DNA of 64,000 nucleotides from a virus, in IMG/VR virus record IMGVR_UViG_3300013102_000002, positions 32,001 to 96,000 of that record; one strand, written 5' to 3'. Each line of letters opens with the position of its first letter. Within the stretch, counting starts at the first letter, position 1. The position numbers and the translations under genes are program-made. A model generated the notes under the pieces. That model did not search any database and had not been told where the DNA came from. It saw only the letters and a list, made by a program, of their open reading frames with translations. Shown here in pieces: positions 46,739 through 57,672 of the stretch.

Positions 46739-49060
46739 ATGGCTAGAACATATAACTATTACAATTTCAGAGACGCAAAGGTAAACATCGCTCATACGCT
46801 TATGGCGAAAGGTTGGGAAGTATTCGGTTATTCTGCTGATCAATCCGACAGCATGACAGATTATTACTGCCCAGCTCACTGGAACGGTGTGGCTTCTAAA
46901 AATGGTTATGTGTTACTGGTCGATGTTTCTTCTCTTAGTGATAGTGGCCGCACAGTTACAAAAAGATCATTTAACAGTACAACTAAAGACATCCAAAATA
47001 AAATTGCAAAACTTCAAAATATGACAACGGAAAAAGGTGCAAGCCAACAAGAAGAAGAATCTGCAAAAGCAGCAATCGAAAAATTGCTTGAAAAACAAAA
47101 TGAAGGTTGGACTGAAGAAGTTGTTGCAATCTATCCAGAATTTAAAAACGTTAATCCTTCCACTTCAAAATGGCACATTGAAAAAGATGGTGTTTTAGTT
47201 GATAAAGGTACGGGCATTGGTAAATTTTCTGATCTCCCGTATAACTGGGACGGCATAACAAAACACGAAGACGAAGACAAACAAAAAGCAATCAGCGCTT
47301 TTAATAAATTCATCTCCAGAATTGAAAAAATTGTAAATACTATCACTGTTACGGATGGTTCAGAAGTTGGATCTGCCGATGTTGAAACAATGCAGCTAGT
47401 GACTGAACGAGTAACAAAGACAGTGACAAGACCAGTACAAGTTGAAAAAGAAAATATCGAAATTGGTGACTATTTGAAATTTGCTCATCGTGGCGGGTTC
47501 TGGTTAGTAACAAATATTTATGAAGTGAACGGGAAAACCCGTATCTCTTATGAAAATGTAGGCAGTGAAAAAAGAGGATATCAACAATTGAAAAACTGCA
47601 CTAGATATTATGACCTGGAAGAAAGAATGCTCAAATCTATTCAAGAAGGAAAAACAGTTATTCATCAAATGACTACTTTCGACGAAATGACAGAAGTTGA
47701 AAAGTGGGTTAAGGTTGGCAAGACTCCTAGAGCAAGTAAAGAGGCCGTTACTGTTGATGCTGAAGAAGTTGTAACTGTTAACGAAGAAACGGCAACGGGC
47801 GAAACCGTAGAGACTTCTAACAGCGTTACAATGACAATCAATGAAGAATTGAACGGTATCGAATTGAAGTTTTCTAAAACCCTATCAGAAGAAGAACTAT
47901 CCACTCTATACGCTAATGGGTTTAAGTGGTCTAAACGCGGTGGAAAATGGTATACAAAGCAAACACCGGAGCGTCTTGAATTTGCTCAGACTCTCGTACC
48001 TTCTAACACTTCCAGCAGCGACAACGTAATAGAAACACAAGACACACAAGAAACGGCCTCAGAGACGGTTACAGACAGTCAGAACGATAACGTAATCTAT
48101 TATGAGTTTAACCAAAATGAAGCAGCAGAAACGAAACAAGAAGGTGATACAATGGATAATACATATGTCAACAACGATACGGATTACAATGTTAACGAAT
48201 CAATTCCTTTTAACTCTTTTGATGATATTTTTAATAAATTTGATAACATTGAAATTACAGCAGATCAAAAGGTTTCCGGTGAAGATTTGGAATTCTGTAA
48301 AGAACAAGAATACATTTATAAAGAATTGATCTCTAATTATAATGAATTCTATGAGCGTCTTCAGACTATAGGGGAGAAAGACAAAGAACACAGGAAAAAG
48401 TACGGAAGACAGTCAGGAACATACTTTCATGCTCAAAATACGGCCTATTATTGCTCAATGAGTAAATATGATTTTCAGGACGCAATAAACAAAATTAAAA
48501 ATTCTTTTATAGCTTGTGTGTGCGGTTATTTTGAAGGAAAATACAGTATTACAATTGATAGAGATAATATAATAAGTAAATATAAAGAATACATCAATTG
48601 TGATAATATTATTGATGAAATTCACGAACAAATGGGCGGACATAATTTCACAGAAAAGGCCGAACAAGAAATAAAAGCAAAATCTATCAATATTTTTAAA
48701 TATAATGATGAAAGAATAACTATTCGTAATAATAAATTAATCTTAAATGGTTACTTTGTTCGTCATGATTCAATTTGGAAAGATTATAGACTTACCAACA
48801 ACAAAGAATTCATCTTTAGCGCACTATCTCATTTTGACAATGGATCTGTGAAAATTAATCAAGAATTGTCAAATAAATATTGTGGTTATGATAACGAGAA
48901 AAAACCATCAAACTTTGAAAAGTATGAGACACAATCACTTAACAAAGTTAAATCAATTAAATTTTTGAAAAATGGAAAAATGGAAATCGAATTCACATCT
49001 AATCAAGTTGCTACTAAGTTTGCAAATGAATATTGCGGGTATAATCAACAATCAGCATAA
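46739..49060 (+). CDS. Large multidomain (polyvalent-type) protein
   Basis: DUF2786-like KIAKLQNM...GASQQEEESAK, GFKWSKRGGKWY module, acidic linkers; ATG after GGAGG. Confidence 0.7.
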   Translation: MARTYNYYNFRDAKVNIAHTLMAKGWEVFGYSADQSDSMTDYYCPAHWNGVASKNGYVLLVDVSSLSDSGRTVTKRSFNSTTKDIQNKIAKLQNMTTEKGASQQEEESAKAAIEKLLEKQNEGWTEEVVAIYPEFKNVNPSTSKWHIEKDGVLVDKGTGIGKFSDLPYNWDGITKHEDEDKQKAISAFNKFISRIEKIVNTITVTDGSEVGSADVETMQLVTERVTKTVTRPVQVEKENIEIGDYLKFAHRGGFWLVTNIYEVNGKTRISYENVGSEKRGYQQLKNCTRYYDLEERMLKSIQEGKTVIHQMTTFDEMTEVEKWVKVGKTPRASKEAVTVDAEEVVTVNEETATGETVETSNSVTMTINEELNGIELKFSKTLSEEELSTLYANGFKWSKRGGKWYTKQTPERLEFAQTLVPSNTSSSDNVIETQDTQETASETVTDSQNDNVIYYEFNQNEAAETKQEGDTMDNTYVNNDTDYNVNESIPFNSFDDIFNKFDNIEITADQKVSGEDLEFCKEQEYIYKELISNYNEFYERLQTIGEKDKEHRKKYGRQSGTYFHAQNTAYYCSMSKYDFQDAINKIKNSFIACVCGYFEGKYSITIDRDNIISKYKEYINCDNIIDEIHEQMGGHNFTEKAEQEIKAKSINIFKYNDERITIRNNKLILNGYFVRHDSIWKDYRLTNNKEFIFSALSHFDNGSVKINQELSNKYCGYDNEKKPSNFEKYETQSLNKVKSIKFLKNGKMEIEFTSNQVATKFANEYCGYNQQSA

Positions 49061-49122
49061 ATATAAGAATATGGGGAATCGGTTTTCAAAAGACTGATTC
49101 TCTTTTATTGGAGGACAGATAA

Positions 49123-52100
49123 ATGTACCAAATTTCAAACATAGAAGTACCACAAAATAAGCGCAAAGAGATAAATGAAAAGATTCAATTCATGATTCAA
49201 AATGATTCTTGTTCTAAACATGGAATCACCAAGCAAAACATATATGACATGTACAGCGGTACGGGTGGATTACATGGTCTAGAATTTAAAGATTTTGATT
49301 CTTTTTACTCCTTCACTGAGGCTAAAAAATTGCGTGAAGTAGGGGAGTTTTTTACACCTCATTCATTGTCAAAGTTTTTAGTGAACTGTTTAAAGATTGA
49401 TCGGTTTCAATTAGTCGCAGATTTGACGGCAGGTAGTGGTAACTTTATTAATTGGCTTCCTAATCAGCAAAATGTATATACTAACGAATTAAATATAAAT
49501 AACTATAAAGTTATGAAATATCTTTATCCTGATATTAACGCAACATGTGGAGATATACGCGAATATAACCCAGGAATGACCTTCGATTGTATTATAGGCA
49601 ATCCGCCGTTTAATTTAAAACTGCACATCAATAGAACGGAATATCTGAGTCAGTTATACTATTGCATTAAAGCCCATGAACTTTTAAAACCGTGCGGAAT
49701 ACTAGCCTTAATTGTTCCAGTCTCTTTTTTGTCTGACGACTTCTCAGATGGTGGAATGATTAAACAAATGAATGATATGTATAACTTTATCCATCAAGTG
49801 GAGTTACCGTCTGATTCTTTTAAATCTAGCGGAGTCGATAAATTCCGTACAAAAATTATGTTCTTTTCTAAAAAGAGTGAACATGTAACAAATGATAATT
49901 TGTATAATACAAGCCTATCAATGTTAAGCGGAATTTCAGACTTAAACAGCAAATCAATTTATAATACATATATTCTACCAGTAATTGAACAAAAGGAAAA
50001 AATAAAACATAAATTATTCTTTGAGCAAGTACAGAATAACCAAAAGGAAAGTAAAAATAATTTAGAATTTCAGTCAAAAGTTAAAAAACACCTATTTGAT
50101 ATCAAACGATCAAAAAATATTAACAACAAATATGCCGCATGTATGGAACATGTCAATAAATATTACAATCAAGAAAAACCCGAAGGAATGAAGTTCGAAG
50201 AATGGGAAAAAGTTCGTTTAACGCCTAATAAAGTATTGTCATATCTCAAGCGAGTCTTAAAGAATCAACATAAAAATGAGCAGGATTGTATTAAACTGGT
50301 TAAGACCAATAGCGGATTAAAATTAAAGGGATACTCTCATAAGAAAAAAATATATCTGTCAAAATACACAGGATTAAAAGAAATAAGTTTTAATGACTTG
50401 ATTTTGAAAGGTGAATATCCATTTGAAGATCAAACCTATAGAAAATTATTGAATAGAAAAATGAAAGCATACAAACAGCAAAGTAAGCCATTTAAAGAAA
50501 TGCAGCAGAACAGTTATATTTCTGAATGGTTAAATTCATATAGGCTTAATGACTCTCTAAATGACCGTGTAATTGAGTTGAACAGCATTCAACGGGAAGA
50601 CATAGGGAAGATACTTCAGAAGCGTTACGGCTTGTTACAGTGGGATTGTGGGGGCGGTAAATCATTGGCAGCAATTGCTTATACTCAATACCATTTACAG
50701 CATAACAATGTTAAAAACATGTTTGTTGTTGCTCCAGCAATTGCAATTACTGGAACTTTTGAATCTGTTTTAGATAGTTACGGTATTCCATTTGTTAAGA
50801 TTGATTCATTAAAAAGTATTGCAAGAATTAAGCCTTCTGACATCGTTCTAGTGACGTTTAATATGTTAACCAAGTACCAAAGACATATTAAGAAATTCAT
50901 ACGTTTAAACGGGCGTAAAATTGGCTTAGTGCTGGATGAATCCGACAGTATAGCAACAATGACAAGCAAGAGAACAAAAGCAACTTTGAATGTATTTAGG
51001 AATGCAAAATATAAACTTTTGACTACGGGTACAAGTGTTAGAAATTCAATAGGGGAAGCATTTCCGCAATTTCAATTGCTCTTTAATTCATCGGTGAATT
51101 TTATTAATCGCTGTGAAGAAATTTATGTACAAGATAAAAAAACTAAAGAGCTGAAAACAGAACGAAATTCACACTATTTAAAGCCTTATCCGCAATATCA
51201 TAAAGGGCAAAAGTTATTTCAGGAAAGCCACATCCCAGAAAAAATAACTGTATTCGGCGTGTCGCAGTCAACACAACATATTTATAATTCAGATATCCTT
51301 AAAAATCTTATTGACTCTACAATTATCACTAGAACGTTTGAAGAAATTACGGGTAGATCTATTGCAAACAGATTTCAAGATACTTGCACATTTAATAACC
51401 ATGAATATACACTATATAAAAAAATTGTAGATGAGTTTTACGAAATGGCTAGGAATGTGCAGAGAACCGGAAACAGCCGAAAAGATAGAATGCTTAAAAT
51501 TATTCAGCAACTTAATATGCTTATTAGAAGTTGCAGTGCTGCACATTTATTTAAAGAATATAATGGTAGTGGTTATTCTTCAAAATTTAAAAAAGTTTTT
51601 ACTATGCTTAAGGAATGGGATAATGAGCCTGTAGTTATTGGATGTCGGTTCAAAAAGACAGTATACAGTTATGCGAGATATATTAGAGAACTTTTCCCAG
51701 AACGCAAATTATTTATTGTTACAGGTGAAGATATGAGCCTTAAGCAGCGCAAAGAAATGATTACAGAAATGAAAAAACATACAAATCCAATTATGGTTTG
51801 CACTCAGCAATCACTTTCAAGCAGCGTTAGTATAAATTATGTGAATAAAATTATAGTAACGGAATTAGCCTGGAATGGGGCCAGCCTACACCAATTTACA
51901 GCGAGATTTATTCGTTTTGATTCAGAAGCCGATAATAAAGAAATTCATTATGTAACATACGAAAACAGTATCGAAAGCAATTTACTTAAACTGATATTGA
52001 GTAAAGAAAAGCTTAATTTATTCATGAAGGATGACAACATAGATGACGAAGAATTATTTGAGCGTTTCGGCGTTGACTTTGACATTTTGAATATGCTAAT

Positions 52101-52164
52101 GACAAAGGAAAAGGATCAAGACGGATATACTAGATTGAACTGGGGTCAACAAGAAATTATTTAA
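49123..52164 (+). CDS. N6-adenine DNA methyltransferase fused to SNF2-like helicase
   Basis: GEFFTP, DLTAGSGNF, IGNPPF; Walker A CGGGKS, LDESD, TTGT, C-terminal helicase domain. Confidence 0.85.
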   Translation: MYQISNIEVPQNKRKEINEKIQFMIQNDSCSKHGITKQNIYDMYSGTGGLHGLEFKDFDSFYSFTEAKKLREVGEFFTPHSLSKFLVNCLKIDRFQLVADLTAGSGNFINWLPNQQNVYTNELNINNYKVMKYLYPDINATCGDIREYNPGMTFDCIIGNPPFNLKLHINRTEYLSQLYYCIKAHELLKPCGILALIVPVSFLSDDFSDGGMIKQMNDMYNFIHQVELPSDSFKSSGVDKFRTKIMFFSKKSEHVTNDNLYNTSLSMLSGISDLNSKSIYNTYILPVIEQKEKIKHKLFFEQVQNNQKESKNNLEFQSKVKKHLFDIKRSKNINNKYAACMEHVNKYYNQEKPEGMKFEEWEKVRLTPNKVLSYLKRVLKNQHKNEQDCIKLVKTNSGLKLKGYSHKKKIYLSKYTGLKEISFNDLILKGEYPFEDQTYRKLLNRKMKAYKQQSKPFKEMQQNSYISEWLNSYRLNDSLNDRVIELNSIQREDIGKILQKRYGLLQWDCGGGKSLAAIAYTQYHLQHNNVKNMFVVAPAIAITGTFESVLDSYGIPFVKIDSLKSIARIKPSDIVLVTFNMLTKYQRHIKKFIRLNGRKIGLVLDESDSIATMTSKRTKATLNVFRNAKYKLLTTGTSVRNSIGEAFPQFQLLFNSSVNFINRCEEIYVQDKKTKELKTERNSHYLKPYPQYHKGQKLFQESHIPEKITVFGVSQSTQHIYNSDILKNLIDSTIITRTFEEITGRSIANRFQDTCTFNNHEYTLYKKIVDEFYEMARNVQRTGNSRKDRMLKIIQQLNMLIRSCSAAHLFKEYNGSGYSSKFKKVFTMLKEWDNEPVVIGCRFKKTVYSYARYIRELFPERKLFIVTGEDMSLKQRKEMITEMKKHTNPIMVCTQQSLSSSVSINYVNKIIVTELAWNGASLHQFTARFIRFDSEADNKEIHYVTYENSIESNLLKLILSKEKLNLFMKDDNIDDEELFERFGVDFDILNMLMTKEKDQDGYTRLNWGQQEII

Positions 52165-52248
52165 TGAGTAAATATATGTTGTAATGTGTAATAAATAATG
52201 ATAAGATAAAGATATAAATTTAATAAATATTACAAGGAGGCTCCCCCT

Positions 52249-52413
52249 ATGATCCAAGCAATCAGCAAAATTCTCCCTATTCCCAGCAAATCAAACTTTA
52301 CCAAGACTATGCAGCAAGAAACTAAACTCAAAAAGAAAATCAACAAACTAAACGAAACAGACGTTTATACGTCATTTGCTGAGCAACTAGGACTGGCTTG
52401 TAAATTCAACTAA
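52249..52413 (+). CDS. Small hypothetical protein
   Basis: 54 aa, AAGGAGG RBS, own promoter. Confidence 0.6.
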   Translation: MIQAISKILPIPSKSNFTKTMQQETKLKKKINKLNETDVYTSFAEQLGLACKFN

Positions 52414-52441
52414 ATAATAAATATACAGAGGAGTTTATATA

Positions 52442-52597
52442 ATGAAAACAAAAACAATCAAACTTGTGAAGCGTGACGGATCGGTTATCTTGAAATGCGA
52501 GGGTGATAACATGAAGGTGTTTGAACTTGCTACATGCTGTAAGCATGATATTATTTGTTCTTATGGTGATGTTGTGGAGATTAAGGTTAGTGCATGA
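52442..52597 (+). CDS. Small hypothetical protein
   Basis: 51 aa, GAGGAG RBS. Confidence 0.55.
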   Translation: MKTKTIKLVKRDGSVILKCEGDNMKVFELATCCKHDIICSYGDVVEIKVSA

Positions 52598-52688
52598 TAT
52601 AATAAATAAATATAAAATAGTATTGCAATAAAATTTGATGTGTGCTAATATTATTACATAAGGTAATACATATTAGGAGGCGGTAAAA

Positions 52689-53087
52689 ATGGTGATTACA
52701 GCTAAATTCGCAAGTGTTTGTCCGGTTTGTTCTAGAGGTATCGAAGTTGGTTCCAGTGTAGAGTGGACTAAAGGCCAAAAAGCCAAACATTCGAAGTGCT
52801 GCAATAACCCAACCGTCAAAAGTGAAAATAGAATGGGGATGTCTCTTCCCGTAATCGGAATGAAGGTAAAATCTTTTCTCAATATTCAAATGAAAAACAC
52901 CTTATTAGGAACTACTCACGAAGGTGTTATTATCGGCTTTGATGATAAGTATCCTATAGTTGATTGGAGTATTGAGGGAGTAAAGCCAGAGGCTATACGT
53001 GTAATCAACGAAGAAAAATGCACCAGAGAGAAGAAAGCGCTTTGCATATTTGATATTGAAAACCGTAAACAACTTTACGTGGTCTAA
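52689..53087 (+). CDS. Hypothetical protein with N-terminal Zn-binding motif
   Basis: AKFASVCPVC...HSKC; AGGAGG RBS. Confidence 0.75.
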   Translation: MVITAKFASVCPVCSRGIEVGSSVEWTKGQKAKHSKCCNNPTVKSENRMGMSLPVIGMKVKSFLNIQMKNTLLGTTHEGVIIGFDDKYPIVDWSIEGVKPEAIRVINEEKCTREKKALCIFDIENRKQLYVV

Positions 53088-53133
53088 GGGGAAGAAATTC
53101 CCCTTTCTTCAATTTGAATCTTGAGGTGGTTTT

Positions 53134-53331
53134 ATGAAGCCAAATAACTTAATTAATAGACAGGTGAAAATAACTGATCATGATTCCCCTTATTATGGTC
53201 ATTGGGGATACGTTAAAAATTATGATGGTGACTTATTTCATATATCAGGCGGTTCAATATCTACAGACAGCGGAGAGATAACGGCAATTTTTGACCGTGA
53301 TCAATTTAAAATCGTCAAAACAAAAAAGTAA
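53134..53331 (+). CDS. Small SH3/KOW-like protein (paralog of 59438..59629)
   Basis: GHWG...DG..FHI.GGSIS.D.G.IT..F.RD.FKI shared by both. Confidence 0.75.
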   Translation: MKPNNLINRQVKITDHDSPYYGHWGYVKNYDGDLFHISGGSISTDSGEITAIFDRDQFKIVKTKK

Positions 53332-53684
53332 CGGAGTGGACGGTGTAATAATGGAGAATATAAGAGTTAATAACAATACTGATTATGAAAATGACCAATT
53401 TTTAGGCATATGTAAGTTCTGTCTAGAGGCTGCAATAATTGACGATATAGAGGTGTGCATACATTGTATCAAGTGAGTTAGAATAAATTCCGTTCTTGAT
53501 AAAAACAAGGTTTTATCAAATTCTAAATGAATATTTATACGGCCCTTAATTTACAAGTGTCGTATTTTTCATGAGAATATACATTTAAATGTATGAATAT
53601 TAGGACGGAAAATTTAATGAATAAATATATACAAACACATAAAAGTGTGATACAATGTATTTATAAGGTAATACATAGGAGGCA

Positions 53685-53876
53685 ATGAATATGAAATTTG
53701 AACGTGGAGTACCATACGAAATCAAGTATAAAGGCGTAAAGAAATCAAAGGTTGGAACGTATCTCTGTACAAGCGATGGAGTTAACATATTTTTTGATAT
53801 AAGCGGTGAATTTGGTGTAAGTGATGAATTTATCAAGAATCGGCATGTTGATATTGAAGAAATAGCGGACATTTAG
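53685..53876 (+). CDS. Hypothetical protein
   Basis: 63 aa, AGGAGG RBS. Confidence 0.7.
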   Translation: MNMKFERGVPYEIKYKGVKKSKVGTYLCTSDGVNIFFDISGEFGVSDEFIKNRHVDIEEIADI

Positions 53877-54067
53877 TGAATTACTCATTTCATAAGGAGA
53901 TGTTAACAATGTTGAAAAATAAAAATCCTAAATTGTGGGCTTGCGCAAAAGAGATTTGCAGAATTAAGAATGAAGGAAAAACATTCAAAGATGTAAAGGA
54001 TTTAAGGAATTTCGTTAAAGAGAATAAATCTCTCTTGCCAGCAGTTGTTGATGGTTGGGCGGTCTAA
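53876..54067 (+). CDS. Hypothetical protein
   Basis: Ends inside a palindromic site. Confidence 0.6.
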   Translation: MNYSFHKEMLTMLKNKNPKLWACAKEICRIKNEGKTFKDVKDLRNFVKENKSLLPAVVDGWAV

Positions 54068-54113
54068 ATGAAAGAGTGATTTCGTTTAATAAACATTGAA
54101 AGGGAGTATAAAT

Positions 54114-54278
54114 ATGAAGGATGAATTAATTATCACACTAAAAACAAACAATAGTTCTACAGACATTATGAATTTTGTAACTGCTGTAAATAAAACAAAT
54201 AGTCTGACTGCGCTAGTTTTACCAAAATTAGATGATAAAAATTATTTTGAGATTAGTGTCTATAAATTAAACACTTAA
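54114..54278 (+). CDS. Small hypothetical protein (cassette-like)
   Basis: GGGAG RBS; bracketed by sites 54066 and 54276. Confidence 0.6.
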   Translation: MKDELIITLKTNNSSTDIMNFVTAVNKTNSLTALVLPKLDDKNYFEISVYKLNT

Positions 54279-54391
54279 TAAAACCCGTCTTTCATAGCCT
54301 ATATTCACAACACACAGTCACAATAGCCCATTACTTACGCGATTTATTCAGATGTGTTACTATGGCAAAAAGAGCTATAGGAGGCGTTAAA

Positions 54392-54646
54392 ATGGCTTAC
54401 ACAACGTGTAGAGATGAGTTGTTGAAGACGGTCAGAACGTTAGTGAAGGATAAGGGTAAAAATGAATTTACACCTATAGAAGTCATATCCCTGATGATTC
54501 AAAATGGGTCTAATTATAATGTGAGAACGATACGAACACATATTGTATCTAAGTGCTGCATTAACGCTAACCAGAATCATGCTGAAGTATTTAATGATTA
54601 TAGGAGATTGGAAAGAGGAAAGTATGAGTTGGTTAATTTTAAATAA
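54392..54646 (+). CDS. Winged-helix-like hypothetical protein
   Basis: EFTPIEVI...TIRTHIVSKCC...RLERGKYEL; AGGAGG RBS. Confidence 0.65.
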   Translation: MAYTTCRDELLKTVRTLVKDKGKNEFTPIEVISLMIQNGSNYNVRTIRTHIVSKCCINANQNHAEVFNDYRRLERGKYELVNFK

Positions 54647-54782
54647 AAAGTGAGTGCTTGGTGAGTAGATCACTGAGCACGTTTTTATTTAATTAATAAA
54701 TATATATTGACAATACAATTAGTGGAGTGTATTATTGTAGATAAGAAGAGGAAACACAATACATAGTGCGGAGGCGGTAAAG

Positions 54783-55013
54783 ATGATGAAAATTTCAGAG
54801 CTTATTGAAGTTTTACAAAAGATTGATCAAGATATGTATGTTGAGGTGGATACTCCGGTAAATCAAACATATCATATTCCTTATTCTTCTAGCAACGAGA
54901 TTTTTAAGGTTGAGGGGCTAGTGAAGAAGAGTATGGATAGATTTGTAATAAGCATTCGCTTCCCAGAAAATGTACAGGAATTAAACGCTCAAGTTAATTT
55001 AAGTAAAAAATAA
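54783..55013 (+). CDS. Hypothetical protein
   Basis: MKISELIEVLQKID-type small phage protein; GGAGG RBS. Confidence 0.7.
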   Translation: MMKISELIEVLQKIDQDMYVEVDTPVNQTYHIPYSSSNEIFKVEGLVKKSMDRFVISIRFPENVQELNAQVNLSKK

Positions 55014-55065
55014 GTAACGAAGATTTGATCAAATTTTAAATTTATTAGATAATGGAGGAATTTAT

Positions 55066-55248
55066 GTGGATGTTAGTCAGAAAGTGCTTAACATTACTTT
55101 TAGTATCGCTGCCGCCTATGTAGTTATTCGAATGGCATTAGATTTTTCTACTGACAACTTCAATCACTTAGTGATTAGAGCCGGACAACTCGCTTTTATT
55201 GCTGCCGTTTATTATTACACTACTTACAGATTAAAGAAAGACGGATGA
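55066..55248 (+). CDS. Small two-TM membrane protein (cassette-like)
   Basis: Two hydrophobic helices; bracketed by sites 55026 and 55261. Confidence 0.65.
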   Translation: MDVSQKVLNITFSIAAAYVVIRMALDFSTDNFNHLVIRAGQLAFIAAVYYYTTYRLKKDG

Positions 55249-55381
55249 TATGTTATCTTTGAATGAAATGTCAATTTCACATAAATCAAGGTATTCAAAA
55301 TGAAAATTTAGGTATTGACTTTGAATCACTAAATATGTTAAGATGTAAATATAAGAAAAGATATTAAAGGAGCGGGTTAAC

Positions 55382-55816
55382 ATGACAGAAGTAGTCGAAG
55401 TGGTTAAGGTAGATGGAAGAGGTAAAAACATTAAACATTTTGATCTTCTAGAAGTTAACACTGCTTATCTGGACTCATTCAGAAACAGTAAATATCCAGA
55501 GTGGAATACAAATAAAAAACAAAGTAGTTCTTGGGCGCAATATAAAGTAAGCTTTGGAAAGTTTCTTGAGTCTATTGATAAAGATGCCGTTACAATTGAT
55601 GAAGACGAATTGATGACCTTCATTGTATCATTTGAAAATGAAGAAGTTAAAAAGAATCGCACCGTACACGTTAGAACATTGCTGACACACATTTTAACAC
55701 ACAACATTGAAAACTGCCGTGATCATGCAAGCAAATTTGTATTAGTATTTACCGGAAGTGTTGCTGCTTGGTTGGTTGATGATAAAGAATTGTTAGCAAG
55801 AATTGAAAAAATGTAA
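55382..55816 (+). CDS. Protein resembling the integrase N-terminal SAM-like domain
   Basis: SSWAQYKVSFGKFLESIDKDAVTIDEDELMTFI; preceded by TTGACT-17-TAAGAT. Confidence 0.5.
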   Translation: MTEVVEVVKVDGRGKNIKHFDLLEVNTAYLDSFRNSKYPEWNTNKKQSSSWAQYKVSFGKFLESIDKDAVTIDEDELMTFIVSFENEEVKKNRTVHVRTLLTHILTHNIENCRDHASKFVLVFTGSVAAWLVDDKELLARIEKM

Positions 55817-55831
55817 TAAGGAAGTGGCATC

Positions 55832-56050
55832 ATGAATTTTGGACAATATATCAAGAATCTAATTGATGAGAGAGGTTACCGCATTCCCTGGGTAGCTGAT
55901 AAAGTTGGAATACATGAAAAAACATTACATGGAAAAATAAGAAGAGACAGCTTTAGTTATGATGAAATGATTGGGCTGGCGGTGTTCTTTAATATAGATT
56001 TGAATCAATTTAAGGAATATGAAGAGTTTCAAAAATACAAAAACAATTGA
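55832..56050 (+). CDS. XRE-family HTH protein
   Basis: MNFGQYIKNLIDERGYRIPWVADKVGIHEKTLHGKI. Confidence 0.75.
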   Translation: MNFGQYIKNLIDERGYRIPWVADKVGIHEKTLHGKIRRDSFSYDEMIGLAVFFNIDLNQFKEYEEFQKYKNN

Positions 56051-56064
56051 TGGAGGTTTTATAA

Positions 56065-57084
56065 ATGATTAAAAAAGCTAACATCCAATGGAGTGCGAAA
56101 CAACTCACAAAGTCAATTCAAAAAGGCAACATTAAATTTGATAATGCTGTGCAACGTGGTTATGTATGGGATCAAGATAGAAAGTCTCTGCTTATTCATT
56201 CTCTTATCGAAGGATACCCTGTACCAGCGTTCTACGCTGTCAAAGATGAGAATAGTCAATATAGCATGCTCGATGGCAAGCAACGCTCTGAGGCCATTAG
56301 CGGCTTTCTAAATGGAGAATATGAACTAACCAATGTCCCAGAAATTAATATTGGCGATGAAGGCGAAACGCTGAATATTAACGGTCTAAGATTTTCCAAT
56401 TTACCAGAAGATGCAAGAGATGAAATAGAAAGTTATTCACTAACTGTTTATTATTTTGATAGTCAGATTACGGACGATGAAATAAATGAATTGTTCTTCA
56501 GATTAAATAACGGTAAGCCATTAACAAGTATTGAACTTAGCAGAGTTAAGGCTAAATCAATTGAAACTATCCAGGAGATCGGCAAACATGAACTTTTCAA
56601 AGCAACACTAACAGAAAAGGCCATTAACAAATATACAAATGAAGAAATTGTTATTAAATCATGGGCGATGCTGAACGTTGAACAACCTTCATTTGAAACT
56701 AAGTCAATCCGTCCTCTGATTGAAACAGCAGATATTACGCCGGAACAGACAGAAGAAATTAAAATTGCCTATGATCGAATCCTAGAGACATATAACTCAA
56801 TCAAGCAGATTGATGATAAAGAGCATAATAAAATTGCAAAACGAATCATCACACGCACACACTTGATTGCACTGGTTCTAGTAGCCGCTAAATCCGTTAG
56901 TGATGGAGTTGGGATTTCCGATTTTACAAAATGGGCAACGTCATTTTTTAGTGGAAAGAATTCTGCAAGTGTGAGCGATATTTATAATAGTGCAATTGGC
57001 TCTGGATCTGCAAAACCGGAAAACATCAAGAAAAGAAATGATTCGATTATGGAAAGTTACAATGAACAATTCTCAAACCAATAA
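56065..57084 (+). CDS. DUF262 (ParB/Srx-like) domain protein
   Basis: VQRGYVW...LIHSLIEGYPVP...LDGKQR...LFFRLNNGKPL. Confidence 0.85.
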   Translation: MIKKANIQWSAKQLTKSIQKGNIKFDNAVQRGYVWDQDRKSLLIHSLIEGYPVPAFYAVKDENSQYSMLDGKQRSEAISGFLNGEYELTNVPEINIGDEGETLNINGLRFSNLPEDARDEIESYSLTVYYFDSQITDDEINELFFRLNNGKPLTSIELSRVKAKSIETIQEIGKHELFKATLTEKAINKYTNEEIVIKSWAMLNVEQPSFETKSIRPLIETADITPEQTEEIKIAYDRILETYNSIKQIDDKEHNKIAKRIITRTHLIALVLVAAKSVSDGVGISDFTKWATSFFSGKNSASVSDIYNSAIGSGSAKPENIKKRNDSIMESYNEQFSNQ

Positions 57085-57513
57085 CCACACCTGTACTTAC
57101 TGCAACAAGCCCGTCACACAAGCAGCATACGCTTACTGTCTGTCTAATGGGCTTCCTGTGGCTTGCTACAGGTGTCAATATGATAAGGGTATAAGTAAAT
57201 ATAGTGTACACCAGAGAATGCGACAGAAGGTCGATGAGGAGGGTTTGACAATGAATTTAGATGATGAGGAGGAATAAAGAATGAATATGTTAAAAGGAAT
57301 AATGATGGACTTTTGGTCTAATAACTGGACTCTGGTTGCTGCTATTGTGGTATGGGGATTATGGATTGTTAAAGTTGTGGAGTGTGTAACTGATTAGTTT
57401 AAAGAATAAATATATATTGAATAATATATATGCGTGTGGTATGATTGCATCAAGAAATACATAGGACGAATACTGATCAAACAGTTACTTTATCAAATTT
57501 AAGGAGGTCATCT

Positions 57514-57672
57514 ATGAATGATTATCTGGTAGTGTTCTATAATCGGTTTGCATGTCAGACTCAGACGATAAAAATTAGAGCAAAAAATAAGTTTCGAGCT
57601 GGACGAGAATTTTATAAACAATACGATAAAAAACAGTAATATGAAACAATTGAGGCTATTACTAAGTGCTGA
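57514..57672 (+). pseudogene. Small cassette gene with a probable internal nonsense codon
   Basis: MNDYLVVF...YDKKQ*YETIEAITKC*; second stop TGA is the start of site 57670. Confidence 0.4.

Noticed and set aside
53496-53519. Host chromosomal dif (Xer) site
   Set aside because: The arms do not resemble the Bacillus dif arms and the motif is multicopy with variable cores
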